Source: Ignavibacteriales bacterium (GTDB lineage Bacteria; Bacteroidota; Ignavibacteria; UBA10030; UBA6906). Taken from it: a stretch of DNA of 64,000 nucleotides. Of this stretch, positions 22,045 through 31,221 are shown piece after piece. The stretch covers positions 15,001 through 79,000 of the forward strand of contig JBBIRR010000012.1 in NCBI GenBank assembly GCA_037441705.1. Direction: 5' to 3'. Below the pieces are notes generated by a model. It ran no database searches. It had not been told where the DNA came from and was given only the letters and a program-made list of their open reading frames with translations. How positions within the stretch are numbered: the first letter of the stretch is position 1; each line of letters begins with the position of its first letter. The position numbers and the translations under genes were made by a program.

Positions 22045-23045
22045 GTTTATTGCCGCTACTTCCCGCTCATCTCCTGTCGGGCAATCTCAGCGAGGATCTG
22101 CGCACACTTCTCCAGCAGCAGAAAGCCACGTGGGAACTTTTGCGCCGCAATTACGCGAGTCTTGCTGCGCTTGCTACGAGGGAGTTGAAGCTCGGCCCTT
22201 CGATGGTGCGTGTCCAGCATAATCCCGCCCGGCTAACTTCCACTGCTGCCCGGGTCGATGAGGCGTCCGTTCGCCAGAGGCCGTGCTTTCTGTGTGTGCC
22301 CAATCTTCCAATCGAACAACGGGGTGTGCAGTACGGCGATGAGTTTCTCATTCTGTGCAATCCGTTTCCCATCTTTCCGGAACATTTTACTATCCCGCAT
22401 ACGCGTCACGTGCCGCAGAACATCGAACAGGTTCTATCAACACTTCTGCAGTTGAGCAAGGACCTGGAAGGGGAATTTGTCGTGCTCTACAACGGCCCGC
22501 GCTGCGGTGCATCCGCACCCGACCATCTTCACCTGCAAGCGGGCAGCGCCGGCTCTCTTCCGTTGGAAGAAGACTATGAGCGGCTCATTATGGAGGCAGG
22601 AGAAAAGCTTGCCGACCGAAACGGCGTGCTGATCTTTGGCGTTGCGACTCACGATCGGCGGTTTGTGGCTATCGAGTCCGACGATCAGGTAGAGACACAG
22701 AAAGCGTGCGCGGCCGTGATGCATTCCCTGCAGGATATCGAGGAACGATCGGACGAGCCGATGATGAACATCATCTCGTGGTACGCAGATGGGGAGTGGA
22801 GGCTAATCGTCTTCCCGCGTGCGAAGCATCGTCCGTCGGTGTACGATGAACGCGGCGAGAAACAGGTTCTCGTAAGTCCGGCGGCGATTGATCTGGCCGG
22901 CGTTGTGATTACTCCACGCGTCGAGGACTTCGAGCGGCTGACGGAGAAGGATGTCGCGGCGATTTTCCACGAGGTGCTGATTTCGCCCGATGCCTTCGAA
23001 AAGCTGCGAACCCGGCTCGTTTTACGGTACGGAAGAATGACGTAG
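22041..23045 (+). CDS. DUF4922-family protein (HIT/GalT-like nucleotidyl phosphorylase fold)
   Basis: [37 protein letters not shown] (HxHxQ); ATGA overlap with GT2. Confidence 0.82.
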   Translation: MSLLPLLPAHLLSGNLSEDLRTLLQQQKATWELLRRNYASLAALATRELKLGPSMVRVQHNPARLTSTAARVDEASVRQRPCFLCVPNLPIEQRGVQYGDEFLILCNPFPIFPEHFTIPHTRHVPQNIEQVLSTLLQLSKDLEGEFVVLYNGPRCGASAPDHLHLQAGSAGSLPLEEDYERLIMEAGEKLADRNGVLIFGVATHDRRFVAIESDDQVETQKACAAVMHSLQDIEERSDEPMMNIISWYADGEWRLIVFPRAKHRPSVYDERGEKQVLVSPAAIDLAGVVITPRVEDFERLTEKDVAAIFHEVLISPDAFEKLRTRLVLRYGRMT

Positions 23046-23047
23046 TC

Positions 23048-23648
23048 TCAGGCCCCGGGTTGAAAATCAGCGGGTTCGAATTCGATTTCCAATCCGTCGT
23101 CAGTCTTGCGATAGTATATCAGCACACCTTGAAGGGTCTCTCGCTGAATGACCTGATCCTTCCAGGATGCAGGCTTGATGGATACCTCGCGATCACCAAC
23201 GAGCCCGTCTATGCCACGGGCTTCTTGATCAGGCGAAGCGAGTGAGTAGTCTAAGGCCGGTGGTTTCCGCGACCTTCTTGAGAATAGCCTCTTGAAACTT
23301 GAGCCCGATGAAAGTCTTGACAAGAACGAGATCTTTGACCCATTGTTCGATCATCTCGTCTGTAATGTTGTCGATGACGCGTTTGAAGTCAGAAAGTTTG
23401 TTTCGAATGAGACGGATGGCTTCAGCGATAGCATCGGGATGTCGTTCTTGATACCACGCAGCCCAGTCGTTTAAGGTGCGACCGTCAAATTGTTGGATCA
23501 ACTCTGACATTTGACCCACGACTCTTGGTCTGGTACCGGAAGCGAAACGATTTGCAAGGTTTAAGATTGGAGACACATACGTGGGCAACTTGGGCGGTGG
23601 GGCATCGAGCAACTCACGGACCTCTGCAGAGCTTAGCGTAATTCTCAT
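23048..23648 (-). pseudogene. MjaI-family type II restriction endonuclease, +1 frameshift near 23252
   Basis: N-part (23229-23648) has NLANRFASGTRPRVVGQMSELI and KTFIGLKFQEAIL; the C-part in another frame has EARGIDG...VSIKP (PD-(D/E)xK-like core). Confidence 0.8.
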
Positions 23649-24970
23649 TCGGCTTGTGTGTCGATGTGAGATTGATTGAGTCGCTCATTTCGAAGGCGTA
23701 TGAATTTCTCCCGGAACTTGAAGCTCCTGGTAGTATCTATTGAGACGAACCCTGTCCTTGCCAAATGTGCGTTGATGAATGTCTTGTTTTTCAGGTAAAC
23801 ATAAGCAAGCAAGTTACGGCTCTCGTCGTGTTTATCTCTATCGAACTTGAGATAGATTCGTTGGCCTCTGAGCTTGGCTTGAAGGAACTGAATTGCGTGT
23901 TGTCGTTGGGATGGCTCCTCGGCAACACCGAGAAGTCGGACCATCAAATCGTTACTCAGTTTGATCAGTGTGGGGCTGATGATTTCCTTCACGGTGAATA
24001 GCTCACCTCTCCCTCCGTTATCGCCGTTTTCGATTTTCGACCCGAATTTCAACGTACGCGGATCAATCCTCTTGTCGAGGGCGTGCGGGTCGGAAAACTT
24101 GTAGGGCAAGCGTGCGATTTCTTTGTCGAAGTCAATGTCGTTCTCTTTCCGCACGACGAATTCGAAGGTCGCATCGCCGAAAATGTCTCGCTCGGCGATG
24201 TTCAGTTTGTTCTTGATGATCGGGATGAAGGAAGGATTGATCTCGTATCCAACAGAATTCCTGCTGAGGTTTTTTGCGGCGAGTGAAGTCGTACCGCTGC
24301 CCAAGAAAGGGTCGAGCACCGTGTCTCCGACGAAGGTGAACATCCTGATCAATCTTCGCGGAAGCTCCTCGGGAAACATCGCCAGATGGTTGTCCTGTTT
24401 CTCACCGCCGAAGTTCCAGTGTCCGGCAAAATACGTATTCCACTCCTCCGTGGTAAGTTTGGAGAGCTCCTTTGCCTCGCGGCTCACTTTGGGAGGATCG
24501 CCGAGTTTCTTGAAAATGAGGATGAACTCGTAATCGATCTTGAGGATGCCATTTCTTGGATAGGGAAAAGATCCCATAACGGATGCCCCGCCCGTCGTGT
24601 TCGTTGTCGTCACCTTTTGCCAGATGACGGCTCCCATGTAGTCCAGTCCAAGTGTTTCGCAGAACTTGATGATTTCTGTTCTGATCGGGATAACCTTGTA
24701 GCGGCCATAATAAACGGAGCGGGCAAACTGATCGCCAATGTTGATGCAGAGCCGACATCCTTTGTGCAGCACGCGGAAACACTCGTTCCAGACCAGATTC
24801 AGATTGTTGATGTAGCTCTCGTAGGAATCGTGAAAACCCAACTGGTTCTCGTCTCCGTAGTCCTTGAGTTGCCAGTACGGCGGGGAAGTCACGATGAGAT
24901 GCACGGACTCATCGGGAAGCTCAGACATTCTCCGTGCGTCGCCAATGATGATTTTGTGATGTGTAGCCAT
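23645..24970 (-). CDS. Beta-class amino DNA methyltransferase (probably N4-C) with C-terminal SNase-like domain
   Basis: TSPPY precedes VLDPFLGSGTT; HLAMFPEELPRRLI; C-terminal VRLLGV...LLAYVYL...FINAHL resembles thermonuclease. Confidence 0.9.
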   Translation of the reverse strand: MATHHKIIIGDARRMSELPDESVHLIVTSPPYWQLKDYGDENQLGFHDSYESYINNLNLVWNECFRVLHKGCRLCINIGDQFARSVYYGRYKVIPIRTEIIKFCETLGLDYMGAVIWQKVTTTNTTGGASVMGSFPYPRNGILKIDYEFILIFKKLGDPPKVSREAKELSKLTTEEWNTYFAGHWNFGGEKQDNHLAMFPEELPRRLIRMFTFVGDTVLDPFLGSGTTSLAAKNLSRNSVGYEINPSFIPIIKNKLNIAERDIFGDATFEFVVRKENDIDFDKEIARLPYKFSDPHALDKRIDPRTLKFGSKIENGDNGGRGELFTVKEIISPTLIKLSNDLMVRLLGVAEEPSQRQHAIQFLQAKLRGQRIYLKFDRDKHDESRNLLAYVYLKNKTFINAHLARTGFVSIDTTRSFKFREKFIRLRNERLNQSHIDTQAE

Positions 24971-25044
24971 ATCAGGACCGACCCTACAATGAGGATTGCT
25001 GCTCGTCGTTCAGTGTGAACAGAACTCGCAAGGCGCCATCGCGT

Positions 25045-26529
25045 CTAACTCGCGTATTTCTCACCGACCATGCCCAACGGGTTCTTAAACTTAAACCCGA
25101 ACAACTCCGGATTCTCGCCGATGACGGCCGCGGAGACGATGTAGAAGACGTAGTTATATGTCTCCTTTGGGACTCGATCCCTGTATTGGTTGAAGAACTG
25201 CCAGAAATTGCGCTCGCGCGGGTTTTGGGGCATCTTGCTGATCAATCCCTTCACAACATTATGCCCCCAGTTGTAGGAGGCCATCACGAGGAGGCCCGAA
25301 GCCTGCGCTTCGGTGTTGTAGATGTCGGCGATGTACAGAGCGGCGGCTCTGGTGGACTTCTCGAAGTCGTGTCGTTCGTCGGCTGGATCGTATTTGGGCA
25401 GCGCGGCTAACGGTCCAACGCGCAGCCCGTACTGCTGCGCAGTGGTGGAGATGAACTGCCACATCCCTTTTGCTACCCCGAAGCGCGTTTGCGGTCCCAC
25501 CTCTTGGACATCGAAGTCGCTTTCCTGCAGTGCGAGATAGAAATAATGCGGCGGCAGATTCTGATTCATCATCATTTCAGCGATGCGCGGAGCGTAGCCG
25601 TTCTCTTCGGCGCGAGCAATTGCCTGCCGCAGGCGCGGTGATTTCTTCCACTCCTGAATATAATTCTTCACCTCTTTCACGAACTCCTCGGGCATGTTCA
25701 CTTCGCATTCGCCGAAGACGCGCGCAACGTGCAGGATCGCTTTATCGGCTTCATCTTTCACGTCGTAGATGCCCAACTCTTTGACGAACTCTTCGTACTT
25801 GTCCTGCAAGGCGCGGCGGCGCGTAATGTATTTGGCCGCCTCTTCTTTCAGGCGTACATCACCGGACTCTGTCAGTTTCTGTACAAGCTGCGCGTAATCG
25901 AGGTCCATCTGTTTGATTTCATAGAAGATGTCCTCTGCTTGTGCGCGCAACTTCTCGACCTGAAGATGTTTGATGTAGGCGTACACACCCGCGGCGATGG
26001 CCAGCAGCGCCGCGAGAGCCACAAGCTTCATGTACTTTCCCTTTTGTTTTCGGGAAACTAGCTTGAAGGCCTTGCGCACCAACTGTGTCCTTTCGCCGGC
26101 GGGTGCAGTGCTGCCCTCCTCGAAGTAATGTTTGATCACGCCCGAAAGCGATGGGTCTCCTTTCTGCGCGGCGGTCGGGTCGACGACTTCCGTTCCTTCC
26201 ACCGTGAAGTAGAGAAGAGGGCCGTTTACACCCAATCCGATCCGCGTGGTCAGCGTGAGAGGCGTGCGCTCAACGCGTATCCCTTCCTTGTATGAGCCGT
26301 TGGTGCTCTTGAGGTCTTCGAACCACCATCGCCCGTCAACAAACTCTACCTTCGCATGTACGCGGCTGACGGCGGAGTCCTTCAGAACAACCTCGCACTC
26401 CTGCCCTCGGCCGATTGTGAAGCTGTGGGTAAACTCATACTGCTTCGTCTTCGATGTGTCGCGTTCGATACGAAGCGAAATCTTGGGCGGAGTTTCGGCA
26501 GCTTGCTTGGTCACGACTTTTGTATCCAT
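25045..26529 (-). CDS. FHA domain - TM - coiled coil - lytic transglycosylase (SLT/MltD-like) fusion
   Basis: FHA motifs TIGR, VSRVHA, DLKSTNGS; TM LVALAALLAIAAGVYAYI; SLT motifs LQESDF, GMWQFISTTAQQYGL, SYNWG, PKETYNYV. Confidence 0.85.
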   Translation of the reverse strand: MDTKVVTKQAAETPPKISLRIERDTSKTKQYEFTHSFTIGRGQECEVVLKDSAVSRVHAKVEFVDGRWWFEDLKSTNGSYKEGIRVERTPLTLTTRIGLGVNGPLLYFTVEGTEVVDPTAAQKGDPSLSGVIKHYFEEGSTAPAGERTQLVRKAFKLVSRKQKGKYMKLVALAALLAIAAGVYAYIKHLQVEKLRAQAEDIFYEIKQMDLDYAQLVQKLTESGDVRLKEEAAKYITRRRALQDKYEEFVKELGIYDVKDEADKAILHVARVFGECEVNMPEEFVKEVKNYIQEWKKSPRLRQAIARAEENGYAPRIAEMMMNQNLPPHYFYLALQESDFDVQEVGPQTRFGVAKGMWQFISTTAQQYGLRVGPLAALPKYDPADERHDFEKSTRAAALYIADIYNTEAQASGLLVMASYNWGHNVVKGLISKMPQNPRERNFWQFFNQYRDRVPKETYNYVFYIVSAAVIGENPELFGFKFKNPLGMVGEKYAS

Positions 26530-26662
26530 GCGCCACCCACTGTTTGTGATTCGAGAAGTTGACTTCGAGGATGCAAGCCGACGGAAGGACGTGAAGCCTG
26601 ACTCGCTGGCTCCAATATAACAAATCGGGAGTCAAGTTCCACGTGTGGGCTCGGCCTTTGTT

Positions 26663-27907
26663 TTATCGGTACAGAAGGTACTTCGCAGATTTTTTCCGGA
26701 ACGGCTCGACGTCGTTCTGCAGAACGTCCCGAATATCCTCGTATCTCATGCGACGGGCGAAGCGTGTTCGAAGCTGATTCGTGCCGGCAACTTTGTCGAA
26801 CATCGCCAGCCGCGAGCTGTCGGCAAGCAGAAAGGGATTCTTCTCGGGATACAAGTCGTTGTGAATCTGCAAACAAATGAATGGCAGACTCATCAGGCGA
26901 ACTCGGGAATCGTCGATGATGTGTACCTGGACGCCGCCCACGGTTTTATCCTTGTGCTTGCCGTAAAAAGGCCTGTAGGTGATGGGGCGAAACAAAACCC
27001 CATCGAGTTTCAATGCATTCAGTGTCTCGGCAAATCGCTGCGGTTCGATCCACTCGGCAGCAAACGTTCGAAAGGGAAGCGTGTAGCCGACGCCGACGGA
27101 AAGGACACTCAGTTCGCCGACCATCCCCATTGCCGCATAGTACTGCGGCGTGGAGGCATCGGGAATGTGCGGCGACGTTGGAACCCAGGGTAGACCGGTT
27201 TGTGCAAACGTCATGCTGCGCTTCCATCCGTGCATCGGTACGACGGTAAGCCTGCACGAAACTCCGTTCTTGAGCATCCCCTCGCCGTTCAGCAGGCGCG
27301 CCAGCTCGCCACAGGTCAGGCCGTAAATGTAGGGAATCGGGAACGGACTGACGAACGACTCAAAGCCCTTCTCCACAAGGTTGCCCTCCACACGCACGCC
27401 GCCCAGCGGATTCGGACGATCAAGCACGACAAACTCGACGTTGTTTTCTGCTGCCGCCTCCATGGCCAGGGCCATCGTGGCAATGTAGGTATATGAGCGA
27501 ACGCCGACATCCTGAATGTCATACACCAGCGCGTCGATGTCCTTGAGCATTTCGGGGGTCGGCTTGCGTGTCTTGCCATAGAGCGAATAGACGGGCAGGC
27601 CGGTGAGCGAATCGCTTGTGTGTTCGACGTACTCGCCTGCAGGAAGCGTTCCGCGCACGCCGTGCTCGGGACCAAACAGCGCCACGAGTTTGACAGTCGG
27701 TGTCCCGGCAAGAATATCCACCGTCGCCCGGAGCTTCGCGTCCACACCGGTGGGATTGGTAATCAGCCCGACACGCTTTCCCTTCAGCGCTGCGAATTGT
27801 GTCTCGCGGAGGACCTCGATGCCCGTCCTAACGTGAGGATACTGACAGAAAACGAGGACTGGCCATGAAAGAACGAATACGGAAAGGCGAAAAAAATTCA
27901 CAAGCAT
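26663..27907 (-). CDS. namZ: Exo-beta-N-acetylmuramidase NamZ (DUF1343/YbbC)
   Basis: VGLITNPTG, LFGPEHG, SLYG, YDIQDVGVRSYTY, VLDRPNP, WVPTSPHIP; start moved to the signal-peptide ATG 27907. Confidence 0.9.
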   Translation of the reverse strand: MLVNFFRLSVFVLSWPVLVFCQYPHVRTGIEVLRETQFAALKGKRVGLITNPTGVDAKLRATVDILAGTPTVKLVALFGPEHGVRGTLPAGEYVEHTSDSLTGLPVYSLYGKTRKPTPEMLKDIDALVYDIQDVGVRSYTYIATMALAMEAAAENNVEFVVLDRPNPLGGVRVEGNLVEKGFESFVSPFPIPYIYGLTCGELARLLNGEGMLKNGVSCRLTVVPMHGWKRSMTFAQTGLPWVPTSPHIPDASTPQYYAAMGMVGELSVLSVGVGYTLPFRTFAAEWIEPQRFAETLNALKLDGVLFRPITYRPFYGKHKDKTVGGVQVHIIDDSRVRLMSLPFICLQIHNDLYPEKNPFLLADSSRLAMFDKVAGTNQLRTRFARRMRYEDIRDVLQNDVEPFRKKSAKYLLYR

Positions 27908-27942
27908 CCTCTGACGAGAGTGAGGGAGAGTGAAAAACGAAA

Positions 27943-29142
27943 TCACAGTGCGTTGAGTGTTGCCTGGATGACTTCGTCCGTTCGTTCTTGCATGCGGTGC
28001 AGCAGCTCTTCGGAAGGACGCGCAGCAAGACGTATGGTGGCGCATGCCGTTTTTCCACCATCGAACACAACGTTTTCCATCTCTTCGACGTTGATGTTCG
28101 AAGCCTTCAGGTCACCCAGGATGTTGGCAAGCACGCCCGGCTTGTCGTAGTGACGAACGACGAGCTGCCAGGTGGCGGCGGTTTTCTTCGCGCGGTTGAC
28201 CCAGTTGCGCACGGTTCCCTGCCGGATGTATTCGCGTATGATGGCAACGGTTTCTTCGGCGACGGCATTCTGTGCCTGTTCGGTGGAAGCTCCGATATGG
28301 TGTGTGCCGTAGACGTTGGGCAGAGAAGCAAGCTTGCTCGTGAACGTTCCTGTCTTGTCCTCCGGCTCACCAATGAAGACGTCCGACCCGACGCGAATGC
28401 GCCCGGCAGCGGCGGCCTCGGCCAGCGCCCCCTCGTCCACGACCTCGGCGCGAGAAGTGTTGATGAAGATCGTTCCGGGCTTCATCATCTCGATAATGCT
28501 TCTGTTGATGAGTCCCTTTGTCTCCGGTTTGAGGGCCACATGGACCGAGAGGATATCGCATTGCGTGACAAGGTCCTGAACGGTTCCTGCGAAATCTATC
28601 CCGAGCGCAGCAGCTTTTTCGCGCGTGAGCGACCGTGACCAGCCGATCACGCGCAGGCCGAATGCCTTTGCCCGTGGAATCATTTCCCGCCCGATCTGCC
28701 CCACACCGATCAAGCCGAGTGTTTTGCCGAAAATGCCGTCGGCTTTGGAGTATTCACCCTTGTTCCATTTTCCGGCCCGCAGATCAATCACGTTATCCGC
28801 GATGCGACGATCGAGTGCCAGAAGCAATCCCATGGCAAGCTCCGCTACTGCAATCGAGTTTTTGCCGGGGCAGTTCGTAACATAGATGCCGCGCTCGTTG
28901 GCACTTGCAATATCAATCGTGTTGACTCCCGCGCCTGCCCTAATGATCATCGTCAGGGCCTTTGCCGATGTGATGCAGTCGGCTTTCACCTCGGTGGAGC
29001 GAACGACGAGGATGTTCGAGTCGCCGATATGGGCGCGCAGTTCTTCGGATTTGAGTTTCGGCTTGTACTCAACCTCAACCCCCAATTCCTTGATCTGCTT
29101 GAGGTATGGTTCGGGGAAGGCATCGGCAATCAGGGCTTTCAT
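27943..29142 (-). CDS. D-3-phosphoglycerate dehydrogenase-like D-2-hydroxyacid dehydrogenase with C-terminal ACT domain
   Basis: RAGAGVNTID, NSIAVAEL, GVGQIG, INTSR, HHIGAST; ACT motif HYDKPGVLA. Confidence 0.85.
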   Translation of the reverse strand: MKALIADAFPEPYLKQIKELGVEVEYKPKLKSEELRAHIGDSNILVVRSTEVKADCITSAKALTMIIRAGAGVNTIDIASANERGIYVTNCPGKNSIAVAELAMGLLLALDRRIADNVIDLRAGKWNKGEYSKADGIFGKTLGLIGVGQIGREMIPRAKAFGLRVIGWSRSLTREKAAALGIDFAGTVQDLVTQCDILSVHVALKPETKGLINRSIIEMMKPGTIFINTSRAEVVDEGALAEAAAAGRIRVGSDVFIGEPEDKTGTFTSKLASLPNVYGTHHIGASTEQAQNAVAEETVAIIREYIRQGTVRNWVNRAKKTAATWQLVVRHYDKPGVLANILGDLKASNINVEEMENVVFDGGKTACATIRLAARPSEELLHRMQERTDEVIQATLNAL

Positions 29143-29174
29143 GGGTGATCACGTCCTTTGATGATGATGGATGT

Positions 29175-30215
29175 TTATCGCGAATTCCTCACATATTTGA
29201 GAACCGCCCCCGCTTCGATCCCTAACCGGTCGGTCACGACTACGTAAACCCTTCCGTCATCTGACACTGCAACATCGAGCGGCACCATCGAGTACCCACC
29301 TACATCCGGGATGCTGTAGCGGGCGATAGTGCGTTCCGAGAGTGTCGCAATCACTATCAACTCCTGCGTGGCGGGGTCTGTAATATACAAATTTCCCGAT
29401 GCATCCATAGTCGATCCCAGTGCCGCGCCCGTGACAAAGGGCTCGGCCAAGCCATGGCTGAGGTTGGGACTCGACGGTGAATACGAATAGATACGTACAC
29501 GCGCTGGCGTACCCGCAAGGACGAAGGAGGTGAACACCGTGCCGAATCTATCTGCGGCGACGAAATGCGGACCTCGCTCGGCGGGGTTCTGCGGCGTCGA
29601 TGCCGACGATGCAAGGGCAGTTGCCGCTCCTGCCCGAATGCGTACGAGAAAGTTCTCCGGCGTCCCGTAGCAGCCGACGAATACATCGCCCGTCAATGAT
29701 CCGTCAAGATCGCCGAGCAGTTGAACGTCGAGCGTGAGGGCGCCCATCGTACGGGTGTTCACGTCGAAGATCGAAGAGCCGTCAATGGTCGTTCCGTTCA
29801 ACGTTGTGATAATCAGCGCCGTGCCTGTCTGTGGGTTGATGCGGTTGATCGTCAGGTTGTCGATCACGAGGAGCGTGTTGTTCGAGCGATCTATTCCCAT
29901 TCTCGTAGGGAAGGAGAATCCGACAACGGAATCCTGAAGCACACCGTCGGCAGAAAAGCGGCGGACCTTCCCTGCACGTGTATCGGCAACCCACACGTTA
30001 CCGGCGGCGTCCACCGAGATGCCCTGCGGCTGTCTCAGTACGCCAACAGGAACGAACACCGAAGGTAAGGAAAGGAAAGTTGCCTCGGATGGCTGTCCGG
30101 ATTCATTCTTGCAGGATGGGGCAGAGATGATCTGCGCAGCGAACAGTGCTGCTATCAGCGTTCTGCGTGCTGTTGTTTTTCTCGACATGATTGCCTTGCA
30201 GCGGCGTGCGTCCAT
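29175..30215 (-). CDS. Secreted or lipid-anchored NHL-repeat beta-propeller protein
   Basis: Signal-like N-terminus ending in SC; NHL repeats PQGISVDAAGNVWVADT, DASGNLYITD, PLDVAVSDDGRVYV; start may be 30188. Confidence 0.7.
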   Translation of the reverse strand: MDARRCKAIMSRKTTARRTLIAALFAAQIISAPSCKNESGQPSEATFLSLPSVFVPVGVLRQPQGISVDAAGNVWVADTRAGKVRRFSADGVLQDSVVGFSFPTRMGIDRSNNTLLVIDNLTINRINPQTGTALIITTLNGTTIDGSSIFDVNTRTMGALTLDVQLLGDLDGSLTGDVFVGCYGTPENFLVRIRAGAATALASSASTPQNPAERGPHFVAADRFGTVFTSFVLAGTPARVRIYSYSPSSPNLSHGLAEPFVTGAALGSTMDASGNLYITDPATQELIVIATLSERTIARYSIPDVGGYSMVPLDVAVSDDGRVYVVVTDRLGIEAGAVLKYVRNSR

Positions 30216-30561
30216 GTTCCGTTATTGAAGATATGAACAAACGGGAGACTCGCAAGCGTCGAGTACGGCGCGTTGATTTTTTCAACTCGCTGCTGCGGTA
30301 CTCTACATAAACCTAACCTGTTGTGCTTAAGGCAGAAAGGCGAACGCGCTGCCCGGCGCTGTTGAGTTTCACACCAACGTCCGGACGATTGCGAAGATGC
30401 ATTGTCGTAAAGAGATTCGGCGTCCTTGCAACGCTCTCGCCATCAACGAGTTACGACACCCGGCAAGATCGAGAAAAATGCTCACGAGCTGGCAAACTTC
30501 TTGGAGCATTCGGAGATGTGGTGATTTCCCAGAACTGACACAGGAAGGAAAGGAGCCGACA

Positions 30562-31203
30562 ATGTCAGTGCTATTAGCTGTCGCGACGGCAATCGTGCTC
30601 GTCATCTGGGGCATAGGACGAAAGCATAAGCCCGCCGACGTCGTGAAGCCGGTGTTTGTGAGGCGCTACATCCATCCCGGCCACACCTGGATGCGGATGA
30701 CGGAGGATGGCGACGTGCTTGTGGGGATCGATGACTTTGCCCAATCGCTGATTGGGACAGTCGACGAGGTGACGTTGCCCCGTTTGCTCAAGCATCTGGA
30801 CCAGGGTGGTGTAGCGTGGCGCGTCAGGCATCGTGAGCGCGTGGTGCCGATGGTCAGTCCGGTCAGCGGACGAGTGATTGACCGAAATGAAATGGTGCTG
30901 CGCGATCCTATGCTCATCAATGCTTCACCCTATGGCGATGGATGGTTGCTTCGCGTTCGACCGAGAAAGCTGAAGGTTCAACTGAACAATCTCTTCGAAG
31001 GAAAAGTCGGCCAGCAGTGGATTGAGATGGCGAGGAGGCAATTGAACCGCCTGTTCAACGGCACACCTGCGCTCATGTATCAGGATGGGGGTGTGATGGT
31101 GAATAATCTCGCCGACCGCTGTTCGGACGAGGAGTGGAGGAAAGTGGCAAAGGAGTTTTTTCTTGTTGAGCCGGACAGTGTACCAGAAACTGTGCATCCA
31201 TAA
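30562..31203 (+). CDS. Membrane-anchored GcvH-fold protein lacking the lipoyl-Lys (copy 1)
   Basis: AGGAG RBS; N-terminal TM; HPGHTW, VGIDDFAQ, SPVSG, PYGDGWL; Glu at the lipoyl-Lys position. Confidence 0.85.
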   Translation: MSVLLAVATAIVLVIWGIGRKHKPADVVKPVFVRRYIHPGHTWMRMTEDGDVLVGIDDFAQSLIGTVDEVTLPRLLKHLDQGGVAWRVRHRERVVPMVSPVSGRVIDRNEMVLRDPMLINASPYGDGWLLRVRPRKLKVQLNNLFEGKVGQQWIEMARRQLNRLFNGTPALMYQDGGVMVNNLADRCSDEEWRKVAKEFFLVEPDSVPETVHP

Positions 31204-31221
31204 CGGGAGTACTGGATCGTC

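Noticed and set aside
30272-30286. FNR-like box GTTGATTTTTTCAAC
   Set aside because: Spacing is one base short of TTGAT-N4-ATCAA, with a mismatch
30490-30505. Sigma-54 promoter (TGGCAAACTTCTTGGA) upstream of the redox operon
   Set aside because: The -12 GC is GG and no enhancer-binding protein is nearby; too weak to call
30397-30561. N-terminal extensions in the ORF track (also 4830, 7101, 28045, 40622, 43117, 61284)
   Set aside because: Downstream starts have better RBS or signal/TM positions and mostly avoid overlaps with neighbouring genes
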